Position numbers and translations under genes: made by a program. The notes under the pieces were generated by a model that made no database searches, was not told the DNA's origin, and saw only the letters and a list, made by a program, of their open reading frames with translations. Shown here in pieces: positions 14,751 through 26,960 of a DNA stretch of 64,000 nt (position 1 is the first letter of the stretch; the number at the start of each line of letters is the position of its first letter). Source of the stretch: Haplodiscus bocki (taxonomy: Eukaryota); NCBI GenBank assembly GCA_965655095.1, contig OZ296659.1:26040001-26104000 (forward strand). The letters are read 5' to 3'.

Positions 14751-16734
14751 TTCATGCTACTCGTCTCAATTTTGGTATTTGAGACTGAATACTCAATTGG
14801 GAGATCTGTTTTCTGGTCGGAGGATTTTTTCAAAGTTCTTTCAAAATTGAAAGTTTCTGAAGTTTTTTTTCCACAATTTTTAAAGAGATCTCATATTAGT
14901 ACCAAAAAATCTACCTTTCGAAAGTTGAGCTGGAAGTTCTCTCATTATGATTTTTTTTGCCATTTTCGCCCAACTTTTCGGTTTTCTCAACCTAATCACC
15001 TTTTTGGAGTTGAATTTGACAAAATTCAAACCAACGAACATTTATCGAAAAAGATTGCAAATTTTTGGGAAAAACGAAAACTTTCGCACTTTCAGTTTAC
15101 GAAAACTTCCAGAACTTTGCTCTTTCTTTCCACAACTTTCACTCTTCTGCCTTATGAATCATAGTTTTGACAACGAATCAGCGTAAATCAGTGCCAAACG
15201 TTATTCGTCGAATTTTTTTTTCAAAATGTGAAAAGCTTTTTTTCCCCAGAAAATTCCGTTTTTAGGCTTTTAAAACACGCCGGAAGTAGCTGATTTCCCG
15301 ATTTTCTCAGAACTTTAGTCCTATTGCCTTCCAAATCAATTTTCCAGCCACAAGGCCCATTCAATACGAAACAAGCACGAAGATAGCTCAACATACCGAG
15401 AAGCTCTGAAATTGGTTGTTTATGACGAGTTAATTCGGTTGCTTGAATTAAATGAGAAATACTTTCATTATGACCTTAGCGGAACTTTCTCTTTCATCGA
15501 CTAACTATATAATTTTGTGTCTACAAGTGCAATAGAAATCAAAATTAGACGTCATATTTCGCAGCTATCCCTGAATTTTTTTAATATTGCGGTGACAAAA
15601 CGGTCGTTTTATGGGTTTTTTCAAGTTGGTAAGAATAGATCATTTTACTGTTTCAGCTCTCTGCCTTCCAAAGCAAATGTGATTACGTATACAGTTGAAA
15701 TGAAGGCTTTGAATTTCTCAGTAAATTGAATTCTTCTCCAAAGTGATTCACTTTGTTTTCCAGAATTCGTCAATATTGCTAAAGTTAGCGATTTTCGTAG
15801 AGAAGCCGTTCGTTTATCCTCGTTCTGGCGAAAATTGCATCAGATAGGAAAACACACCCGTCACTGCTGTAAACAAGTTCCTCCAGCCTCATTCTACTAA
15901 AACAACTGTTTTTTTGGTCAAGAGCTGCCTTCATCTGCACCAAGCGCACCTATGTTTGGTATAGTTTTGGAAGATTGACTAAAAACCTCATATGTAACAA
16001 ATGTAGCATGTTTCTTAGAACTTTTGCATTTTCTCAAGAGGAATTTTGCAGTTTTTGGCAAAATCCAAATTGAATTTTTAGACACAGACTGGCAATTTTT
16101 GTTTTTGAATGGTTTACAGATCTCTTCGACAATTTCGGAAAGTTCACCTTCCTTTCAAGTTCTTTTAATCCGTTATTGATTGGTACTGTTATCTCGAACT
16201 TTTGGATAACTGAGGAGTTTATTTTGCCAGATTTGCGAAGCTCCACGTCGCCTCTGTGTTAATATTGTACATCAAGGATCTACCAGACATTCAACATGAA
16301 TTGCACATGCTACAATCCGTTATACATCAGATGCTTCTTTGTTGACATACAAAGCCTCTCTCTGGATAAAATATGGATTCGCGAAACAGCTTGATAACTG
16401 AAACTAAGTCGAAAAGTGTTTCTCAAGCTCCACGTAGAAGCTCATAATTCAATATCGTCCACGAAATCAAGACGAAGACAATCATGAAAGCTGATAGACC
16501 AAATCAGCGCATGGACTCAAGACTTCCACTAATTTCACCGTTTTGAAATCTCTTGATTTTATAAACTTATGAAATAGTGTGTTTTCAGATTGAAATTGCA
16601 AGGGCAGCCGTGGTGGCCCTTTTATTGTCTCACATATACTTCCAAAGATACCTTAAGGTTTCAACGGAAGTCCTGCTCGTCTTATCTGGCCATCAACGAG
16701 ATTTCCCGTCTACTACGAAGCTGACACTGAGCAT

Positions 16735-17322
16735 TTGTTGATATCTGACTCGCAGACACACAGCGAGAAGAACAAGACCTGCCTCAACAGTGGAGTTGTG
16801 AACGTGCTGTCTCTACCAGGTGGCAAGATTCGACGCGTCTACGACTTTCTTCCCCCTCAAGGGAAATACAAGTCTGCATCGCTGTTCATTGGTCGCAACG
16901 ACTGTTTCGTAAAGGGCGGAGCCTTCTCTGAACAGTCACCCCAACAGATAGCTGAAGACTTGAAGACACTCGCCGACACGAGAGTCCCCAGAACCGGGCT
17001 GGTCCACGTAATCGGCATCCCCGAGCGCCACAACAAAAAAGAACGGACAGCCAAAGTCAACGAGATACTCGAGCGATTCAGTACCAAGGCAGACTGGAAG
17101 TACAGAAGTGTGTCGAAGTACATCTGGTCCCGCTATATCTCTGAAGACTCTGTCCATCTCACTGACGAAGGCCTCAAAAACCTGAAAAAACTTCTGAAAG
17201 AGAAGATTCTGTACAAGCTGTACGATATTGAACAGGACAAGAAAGGACCTCGGAAAGTCACCGTTTGCGGAAACGCCAAGCAGCCAGATTGTCTCTGCGG
17301 ACACTTCAACCCCCCGAGTTAG
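16735..17322 (+). CDS. SGNH/GDSL-type esterase domain protein of the LINE (ORF0)
   Basis: SGNH blocks LISDS, SLPGG, FIGRND and EDSVHL. The frame is open from 16657 with no ATG; ACG at 16696 may be a mutated start. Confidence 0.8.
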   Translation: MLISDSQTHSEKNKTCLNSGVVNVLSLPGGKIRRVYDFLPPQGKYKSASLFIGRNDCFVKGGAFSEQSPQQIAEDLKTLADTRVPRTGLVHVIGIPERHNKKERTAKVNEILERFSTKADWKYRSVSKYIWSRYISEDSVHLTDEGLKNLKKLLKEKILYKLYDIEQDKKGPRKVTVCGNAKQPDCLCGHFNPPS

Positions 17323-17537
17323 GTAAGTCGACTCTACAAGTATCAAATCTACCTTAAGGTTTTGCAGATACTAGTAATAGTAGACGGCCTATCCCTCGTC
17401 CCACGCATCCCAACCTGAAACAGGTCCACCTAGATCTCCGCAGATACCTTAAGGTTTCAAGAGGAGACCACTCATCTGTTTCTTGACATCTCACATCAAT
17501 CCCCAACTGAATCGACAAATCACCTACTTCGAAAACC

Positions 17538-18417
17538 ATGACTAACTGCAAATCCTGTAATCTCAAAGTCGGGTCACCAAAGAATGCATTCGTATGCTAC
17601 TTTTGTGGCTATAGTATGCACATGAACCAAACGTGCACAGGATTCGAAGAAGACCAAATCAAGGTTCTGGTACAACTGAAGCAAAACCTGTTAAGGGTGT
17701 GCAACGATTGCAAAAGCAAAAAGTCACAAGCCCCCAGTAACAATGCTGCCGTTAAGAACAACAACGACGACTTGGCAGCAAATGTAAAATCCCTTGAGAA
17801 ACGAATGAGCGACTTCCTTCTATCTATGGAGAAGTCAGCAGCAGCAGTTGAAGACCTCAAGACAAGTGGCTAACATGAAGAAACCTGCAACCGAGACAAA
17901 CTGCGCAGGAAGTTACGCAAGTGTCGTCGGAAACAAAGCCCCAGGAAAAAGAGTCTATAAACCAGCAAATGATAGCCTGGGTATACGCATCAAAGGTCTT
18001 CCTGAACCAGAAGATGGCAAGGAGGACAAAATGAAGGACCGAGAAAAGGTCAAAAGGATCCTAGACCATCTGGACATTCGCTCATCGTTAACGAAGCTCA
18101 CCCGAGTTGGACAGCCAAATCCAGACAAAGGGCCCCGCACTGTCATTATCGACCTAGACAACGATCTTGACAAAGAGGTCATGATAAAGTCGGCACACAA
18201 ACACAAACTAAAGACATACACTGAACTCAACAGCACGATCTTCATCAGTCACGAACTGACAAAGGAAGATATGGCAAAAGAAAACGAGCCTCTTAAACTG
18301 AGGAGAGACCTCATCAAAAAGGGAGTAGTCTCTCAAACCTTGAGAATTTGAAATTTGAAGCTCCAACTAGTCGAAGGTGTCTGGACAACTGTCTCGACAG
18401 CTGAAGAGAACAAATGA
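17538..18417 (+). pseudogene. LINE ORF1: PHD finger, coiled coil, RRM-like domain (frameshift ~17850, premature TGA at 18349)
   Basis: CKSC..CYFC....H....C..CNDC, SYASVV, IRIKGLPE, TRVG...PRTVII, IFISHELT; joins track ORFs 17538..17873 and 17848..18351 and continues to TGA 18415-18417. Confidence 0.88.
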
Positions 18418-21278
18418 CTAGCTTCCGGAGAGTCAAGAACAGAAACTACAAAAACTCTGCACATTTTAACTTTCAACGTGAGAAGTATTCTCAAACCTGA
18501 AAGGCCCACTCTCTTTGCAAATGCCATTTGCACATCTGACTACGACATGCTGTGTGTCACCGAAACTTGGCTCACATCGGATGTCCCAAACACCGCGCTC
18601 TTTCTCAAGGAATACGCAATCTACAGATCCGATAGAACCAGCTCCTCTATGATAACAATTCACGGAGGAGTCCTAGTTGCAGTAAAAAGTATTCCACATG
18701 AAGTCATTCCAACCGACCAGTCGGACGAGATCATTGCAGTGATGGTTAAAACCGAACAACCGCTTCTAGTGTGCTGTCTGTACAACCCTCCCCACTACAG
18801 CCCCTTTCGATGGCCCCGAACTAAATTTGACAACCTCCTGACTTCGCTCAAGCGTCATCAAGAACAACTGAACTGCCAAACAACAATTATCACTGGTGAC
18901 AAAAATTTTAGCAAGACGTCTTGGGACTGCATGGAATCCAGGGATGATTACGAACAATCAATCCTGGATCTTTTGTGCGAACATGGATACAGTCAACATT
19001 TCAACCAAACGTCGAAACGTCAATTAGACGTTCTGCTTAGTAACAAAGATGACGACTTTTTTGATTGCAAACTAGACAGAAAAATCTCAACAAGGTACAA
19101 CGTGTCAGACCACCTCGCATACTCAAAAACAATGCACACAAAAATAGAAAGGAAATACCTAGATCCGAAACACAAGCAATATAGCCTGAAAAGGGCAGAC
19201 TGGGATGCTTTTGTGGACGCCACTGAGTGTCGCCCATTCCAGCCCTACTGCTACAGCAACGTCAATGTCCTCATACAAACATGGTACTCTTGGCCAAACA
19301 AAACCATGGATGAAAATCTCGAAAAAGTCACCGCGCACAGAGCATCACAGGCACCCTGGATATCGAAACACACATCACACCTGAAGAACATACTCCAGAC
19401 CAAGAAAAGAGCGAAGAAGAAATTCAGTGTCGCACACTCAATCAAGATTAAAAGACTGGAGAAAGAGATTGAGGCCTCCTGTCAAGAAGATCTTAGAATC
19501 TACGAAGAGACTCGATATTTTAGTCGAATCCAGAAATATCTGTCGTGCATACGCAAAAGCCCGCCCTGCCAAATGAGTTTCATTACAAGGGAAAGATCGG
19601 AAAAACAGAGTCGGAATGTGCAAACATGTTCAACAGCTTCTTTGTTAGTGTCTTTAACCAAAAAGACACCAACTTCCAGCCCAACTACCGCCGCAAAAAT
19701 CTAAACTGGTTCAGAATAAAACAAAGAAGGGTGGAAGCTCTGCTCGAAGACCTGAAAATTGGAATATCGTCAGGACCAGATAAAATTGGGAATATCCTAC
19801 TCCGAAACGCCGCCAAAGGCCTCAGCAAATCCCTGACCCTACTCTTCCAAACAATCATCAACAAAGGGACCTACCCAAATCAATGGAAGTTCGGACAGAT
19901 CTGCCCAGTTTTCAAAGATGGCGACAAGAAAGACGTTACGTGCTACAGGCCCTTAAGCCTACTGAGTTGCATCTCAAAAGTACTCGAGAGAATCATATTC
20001 GATGAAATTTATCCTCTAGTTCAAGAAAAACTGCACACGAAGCAGTTTGGTTTCCGAAAGAAGAGGTCAGCCACCCTCCAACTACTTTTGTTCCTGGACC
20101 GGATATACAAATACAATGACGACAATGAGGTAGAAAATCTAAGTGTCCTGTACCTAGACTTCTCCAAAGCATTTGACACCGTCCCGCACTCGAGACTCCT
20201 CGATAAGGTCCAGAACTTCGGTATTGGTGGAAAGCTCCTCAAACTGGTCCACAGCTACCTATCAGATCGCAAACAGTTTGTTAAAATTCGGAACACATTA
20301 TCAACGCCCCTAGCGGTAACAAGCGGAGTCCCCCAAGGCTCCATTCTCGGCCCCCTCCTTTTTCTAATGTTCATTAACGACCTCCCGGAAAGATTCGCAG
20401 AATGTTTTGGCTACGCAGACGATTATAAACTCATCTTCACGCAACAAGAAGAGTTGGAGAACGGTACCAAACAGCTTGAAGAATGGTGTGAGCTGAACGA
20501 AATGAAACTCAACGAGAAAAAGTGTAGCTTATTAGTTATAAAGGGCGACATGTCTGCCCAGTTGAATGATGTTAGCATCAATCAACCATCAGTTCAAAGG
20601 GACCTCGGTCTTTTTGTGGAGAACGGTCTGGGATGGAACGAAAACTGTTCAAGACGCTCGGCAAACGCCCTCAAGGCCCTTTTCAAAATCCGACGTAATG
20701 TTACAAAGAAATGCAATATTCAACATAAGATCCATGCCTACACAGGGTACGTAATGCCAATGCTAACGTATGCATCGCAAGCGTATCACCCCAGCATCGG
20801 GTCATTGAAAAAACTTGAAGAAGTTCAGAAACAAGCCACAGCCTGGTTCCATGGATACGACATCAGCTACAAATGCAGACTTATAAAAAGCAAACTGTTA
20901 CCGGTATCTCTGTACATAGAGCTTCACGACGTTCTCTTCCTACTCGACCTTCTGGAACAGAAGATGGACATCGAACACAGTGAATTATTGTCTGTGAGAC
21001 CCTGCTCGAACACCAGGCAGGGCGATCGGAATGAAATGGTCGTAACATCCACGAGGACGAAGAAAGCTGATGAAAACTTCGTAATCCGCGCCAGTCAACT
21101 GTACAACATCCTCTCTCGCCACATGAAGCAACTTAATGAACCTATGGACAAAGAACACCTACTTGAAGCTTACTGGAAGTTCTTTCTAGATCAGTACAAC
21201 GAGAAGGTATCCTGCACATGGCGTATACTTTGCCTCTGTGGCTACTGCAACCCCCAAGGCAAATTAAAATTACCTTGA
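18418..21278 (+). pseudogene. LINE ORF2: APE endonuclease + reverse transcriptase (one frameshift ~19565)
   Basis: TFNVRS, VTETWL, GGVL, LYNPP, SDH; GPDKI, YRPLSLLS, QFGFR, DFSKAFD, GVPQGSILGP, YADD, RDLG. Confidence 0.96.
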
Positions 21279-21353
21279 TGACTACCAGAGCCAAACGAAG
21301 AGCAAACAAATCAGGGATGGAAGATTTCTCATGGGAAGAAGGCCCAGAAGCCG

Positions 21354-21392
<39 letters not shown>
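21354..21392 (+). repeat. (ACT)13 3' tail of the LINE
   Basis: Perfect trinucleotide run about 75 nt after the ORF2 stop. Confidence 0.95.
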
Positions 21393-21393
<1 letters not shown>

Positions 21394-23559
21394 TTGCCGG
21401 TCTTTGGACATTGCAGTTGGAAGAAATATTCTCCTGAATTAATCGAAACAGACAACTAACCATAAGATTTCGAAGAGTGAAAGGCTTCCCGCTCACAGCT
21501 CCAGGTTGCTTCACCAAGAAATCACTCTCCTTATCGATGTATTGCAGATTTGACCAGTCTTCGTCATTGCGTTTGTCCCTGCAATTCCAAACATTATATA
21601 AATTTTACTACTCGACCCAAAAAACTTCCTGAGGCACTCAATCAGTAAGTATAATTTTTATCACTGTCCTGAATAATAAACTATGGACTAATATCATAAA
21701 CTCGGCGGTGCATTTTAGTCGGCACTTTTTAGAACAAAATGTGACCGATTAATACAGTTGCTTTTGCAGTTAATCTTGAAGCCTCTAAAATCGACGGACG
21801 TTCTACGAAAAATGCACACTCTATCGAAAGAGTCCTGGGCCTCCTGTATTCATGAGAAGGACGACTCAAAGCATTAAAGCGTAATGTAATACGTTTAAAA
21901 AATCCTAAATCTTTCAGAAACCAAGTAGTGAATTTTTTTCGACATATCATTCATATTCATACATATTTTGATCTACACGGTTAGCGCCATCTTGAGACTC
22001 CCTGGCTTGTTCAAAATGAAACTTTCCAGTTGCACGATTCTAGAAAATCTCAACTTTTGACTGAATTTTTACGACTGAAAATGTAAGAAATCTGACTATC
22101 GTAATCTGAATTCGATTAATATCGTAAAATTTTAAAACTACTTTTGTGACTGAGATTCGTTTTTAAAGGAAAAGGCTAGACTTCTGTGTAATACTTACGT
22201 TTTGAAATGATTTTTGGATAGATTACAAGCACATTTTATAAGTATTTGAGAATCAGATTTTGAAAAATTAAGTTTTGCGTGATATATGTAAAATTCCGAA
22301 ATACTGAAAACCGGTTCTTCTATTCATTTAGACAGAGTTCAAACAAGCACGTATTTGCATGGCAGAAAAATTTCTGCGTCAGCCGGACGTCTCATTAATG
22401 AATTCTCATGAAAACAACAGATTAACTGCGACATAAAATCGGTCTCAACACAACAGAAACTCACCAGCTGTAGACCTTTGCCTCCGCGGGAGAAGTGTCC
22501 GGCGGCACATCTGTTCCAGGAAAAAATTTGGAGAAGAGGAAGCCCATGCCACACAGTAAATGTACTTCCGGAAGAACAAACTAAGCAATCAAGCATTCAT
22601 TCATTCTTGATATCTGAAAGCATCATACAAAAAATGCAGAGGACCAATGAGAAAGATGCAATTGAATCCATCAGTTGAAAAGAACAAAAATTGAAGTCTT
22701 AACATGACTATAGACTTTTACTGGGGGGAAACAGAAAAATTTCTTTATTATTCACATCCATGTGATTTTAGCAGTATGCAGAAATTTGAAAAATATAGCG
22801 AAGACACTTTAATTGATACAAAAAGGTCAATAAACACGATATCAACTTTAGTAAGTTTCAGTTTTCCCTTCATTAATGTTGCAGGGGGACCTTGCATAAA
22901 GGTATATCAAGCAACTTACATATGATGACTTGCATAGACGTGCGGTAAGCTCAAAAGGTAAATGATTTGTGAAAAGAGGGCAGTCAGGGAGAATTCAAAA
23001 AAAACCACCTCGCCTTAGAGAAGTTTACGGTTCAGGTCGTTGTTATGCTGCATGTTGCATTCCTCCTAGACAATGTCATTGAACGGGTCCGCTTGTTGAT
23101 ATAAAACAATTTCAGGGTGAAAACTTTGCATCGTAAAAATTTTACAGACTTCGATTTGCATAAAGTTGCACTTGCATTTACAGCCTTCCCTCTTATGATC
23201 CAATCGAATTTTCTACTGGTTCGTTACTTTTCATCAAACTACAACTCCTTGAAAAAAGTATCGCGCTGCCAAGATTAAAGCTCACTTTGGTACGTATATA
23301 ATTCATGGTGTCGGTATGATTTTGTCATGCTAATAATCATTTTTTGAAGCCTAATTGTCATAAAATTATTAAATAGATTGTGAAATGACTGATAAGCAGA
23401 CGAATGCTTCTGTCGAACAAATCCAATGCCGAGGATGGCAGACTGCACCAGACCGAGTGCGATGGTACTGGCGATGACGGCGAGCCTTGCCCAGTGTGGA
23501 CCCAAGTATAGCTTCTAAAATTCACTAGATTCCCATCAAAGCCATTTCTGTGCGGTTTC

Positions 23560-26500
23560 TGTTGTCCTGCAGAAAAAAGAAAGGAGCTCGAAAGAGCGAT
23601 GTATCTCACAAAGATATCTCACAAGGGGACATTTCAAGCGGATGCTCTCTACAACATGGACGGTCAGACAACGAGAACTTCTGGTGTGATTGAAGAATCT
23701 GGAGAGGATGTCTATCGAAAGTGGTTGATGTTTTTCAAAACACAGGTGTTGCTATCGCGGAGGAAGGCTTCATCGTGTGGAAGACTATCGGTTCCGAAAC
23801 CGGGGCCGAAAACCAACATTGCGAAGTTTTTGAGACGCCACACTATTTATAACATACTGGCAAACAAAAAAGTATGAAAAGTAACCGAGAATTTACAATA
23901 TTGACGACCTTACACCACTCAGTGTTAGACCGTTGCAGGTACTCCGGCAAAAACAGAATTTGGAAAATGATAATTTTGTGAGAAAAAACTTTGTGTAATT
24001 GAATGATGAGAGTAAACAAGGTATTGAGGATTTTTTTGAACTCTAGGATTGGGACAAGTCGTCGTTTAAAGTTTCTGTGAATGACGTTTTTTGAAGTCGG
24101 ACACTGCAAAGTTAAACCCTCTCGAAAACAGAGAACCTCTTCAACAGAAGTTGTTGAAAAGGTATTACGAAGCATGTATTTTATCTGAATTTTCGTTCAC
24201 TCAGTAAACTTTTTGATGAACAAGTTTTTGTAAAACGTCGATATCAATCCAAACCAAGCATAAAATGTCTCTTCAACTTACCGCTCTATAGTGATCAACC
24301 TTTCGAGCAGTTCCATCTGAAAGACCACAAGCTATTCATCTCTGACAATTCTGATAATTTCACCGGAAATCCTCTCTTTATTCAACAAAGCTTTTCACTC
24401 GAGACATTTAAACAAACGTCTGACAGAATCAGTAATTTGATTTTTCCCTGTTTTTTTGAACAAAACTTTTCTGGAAGTGGAGTTTATATTTGTCCCCGAT
24501 TTCCAAACAAAGTATTTTTATTGCAGTTTGATGAATACCTCGAGCAATTACAAGAAAAGCATCGTCAAGGTATATTAGTTGGGTTTCTCAACAATGATCT
24601 TCTACAAAATTCAACTATAGTTGAATTTTATAATCATGTTTTCAGACAAAACGTTTGTTCAGAGATGTTAGAAACGCCAACTCGTGAAAAGTTTTTTTAA
24701 AAAAATTCTAATCGATCATGTATTATACATCGAAAGTTTGTCGAACTTGAGAGGTCAAATTGATACTGTTGGAATCACCGATCTTTTTGGTAGACATGAT
24801 TCATACTCCTCTTCATTGGAGAAACCCAGTAAGAAAACAAAAAAACTTCCTTTTTTTTCTCGACATCTTCGACGAAAATACAAAATTGATGAAAAGCCTC
24901 GAACAAAAAATACTAGCCTTCACGACTATGAGTGATTGTGTTAACCACGATGTCAAACAGTCAGTAATGTTGCTCAAACAAACAATTGACGAATATGTGA
25001 AGTACGCTGAAATAAAGAACTAAAGAAAAAAATGTTGTCACATTCCTAACTTTATTAAAAACTACTCAAAGGCGGAAGCATTTTTTCTCATGAGCTAATC
25101 CTTTCTCAAAACGAAAGCAAGTTGAAAAAAGTGAGAGATAAAGTTGTATATATTATTCGTTTTACAAAGAAGCTGCACCTTTCCAGCAAGTTGACAAAGT
25201 TCAGGAAAAACAAACGTGTGTTTTTGTAAACAATTATCAAAACTGATCGGCCGAGAACAATGAACTTCTAGTTCAAGTTTCAGAAAAGAATCCGGCGTTC
25301 CTAATACAGTTTCTACAGATTGTGCTGAAATTTCTGATGAAAATTTTTCTTTCAATTGTGTTCAAATATTGAAGTCCTCCAAATCGTTTTTTTCACGGAA
25401 CGTTTACTGCGAGGATAACATAAACCGGAAGATATTTCTTCTGCAATGATGGCACTACTCTCGATTAATAAAGTCTAAGAAATGATGACAGTGGAATCTC
25501 AATCTTCAAAGATGAAACTTCAATTAAAACTTTGGAAGCTTGCTCTTGTGTTCTAGCAATATCCTTGTCAGTCCTTTTGTCAAGGTTTTTTCTCACCTTG
25601 CTTTAAATTTGCAAAGAGAACAACTATGCATATATCTGGATCGGAACATTAGGTCCATTTTTAAACGCGTGTTTCTGTTCTTCCATCTTTGACTAAAATT
25701 TCTGTGGGAACCACCGCATGCAAGGTTTCCCAATTAGATCAAGAACTTTAAAAAAGTCAAACGGTGTTTCAACAAAATGTTAAAACGACCGAGTCTCTTG
25801 TTGATATAACCGAAAAACTAAGATGTGCTAAAAAGGGTGTGTTATTGCAGTCTTCTTCTTTTTAAAAAAGCAGTTGATACAAAAGACAACGAATGACTGC
25901 GGAAGAAAGTAAGGTAATACGGCATTAGAGGTGTGAGCCTTGACTGGTTCCGCTCATATTTCTCCAACCGGTATCACAAGGTGAAATCTGCAGATCTCTG
26001 ACTGGAAAACTGTTGCATGCGGAGTTTCACGAGAGGCAATACTTGTTTTTTTTGTTGTTTCTTTGCAATATTTATCAGCCAAACAATTCTCAACACATCA
26101 TAACTTACATTTTTGAAGATGCTGCTATTTTATGGTACTTCTCTTTGGTTTCTAAATGATGAAGCTACTGAAATTACCTGGTAGTGAGTTGAAACAAAGT
26201 TGCTTTTATTGACTTCCACGACGCGGTTAGTTTCATTAAAATCATGTAAAAATATTGCTAGGGTAGACAAAAAGTTCTTCCCGGAGTCGCAAAGGTCAGA
26301 TTTATAGGTGTGTTTTATGACCGATTTGAAATTTGATTTTCAAACTGGCGGAAATGTCAAAGTAAGTTTTTCGCCACAGTCGTATGTACTTTTCACAAAT
26401 TGTCAAAATGTAACACTTTTTTGATTAGCTTCTATGAAACTCATTTTGAACCTAATACATCTTACGGAATTTTCTTCATTGGAAGCCCTTACATTAAATA

Positions 26501-26940
26501 AAAGCATGCAATTTTCAGTCAACAGAAAAAAATGCGGAAAATTTGTTTTAAAAGAAGACCAATAATGCTAACTTCATGTCTGCAACAATTAATTTTTTCT
26601 TGATTTGAAAGTTCTGCTGGAGAACTTTTAAAATTTGTTCTGAAATCTGTCAGTAGGCTGTATTCAAATGGTTGTTTAATTTTTTTTTCGTGCAGGAAAC
26701 TTCAAGTCTCTTCTTTTCTTCTGTTAGTGAAAGTTTATGCAAATTACTAGCCCCTTTGATTGGAATAACTGCGATTATCGGTGCCATTGGTCAAAACTTT
26801 TTCGAGCCGATAACTATACAGCTGTTATTTTTTATCGCGCCCATAGACAAACCGCTAGGACTTTGAAGAGTTCATTTCGATGCTATGCCTTTGTATTTTA
26901 ATCATAAGGATCTTGTATTTGAATGCATTGCAGAAAAAAT
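23560..26940 (+). mobile_element. Decayed L2/Crack/CR1-group LINE (RRM-type ORF1 + EN-RT)
   Basis: GVIEESGEDVY, IAKF.RR, YLNFRSL, PTRE..IDHV, KAVDT and YGIRGVSLDWFRSYFSNR; heavily frameshifted. Confidence 0.8.
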
Positions 26941-26960
26941 AGAGTAAATGAATAATTAGG

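Larger units (their letters stand above)
16600..21392 (+). mobile_element. Young, apparently full-length CR1-group LINE with three ORFs
   Basis: SGNH ORF, PHD/RRM ORF1, APE-RT ORF2, short 3' UTR and (ACT)13 tail. Base composition differs from the flanks. Possible 5-bp TSD ATTGC (16595-16599 / 21393-21397). Confidence 0.93.
15300..22000 (-). mobile_element. Possible decayed Mutator-like DNA transposon, interrupted by the LINE at 16600-21392
   Basis: Minus-strand fragments IPNIGALGADE (GTDGE-like), CNF..N and TTN. Very degraded. Confidence 0.3.

Noticed and set aside
16650-17455. TTAA sites as piggyBac insertion footprints around ORF0
   Set aside because: No piggyBac-type terminal inverted repeats inside the TTAA sites, and the repeat extends well beyond 4 bp.
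21218-21517. Poly-Tyr and poly-Val ORFs
   Set aside because: Translations of the (ACT)n LINE tail.
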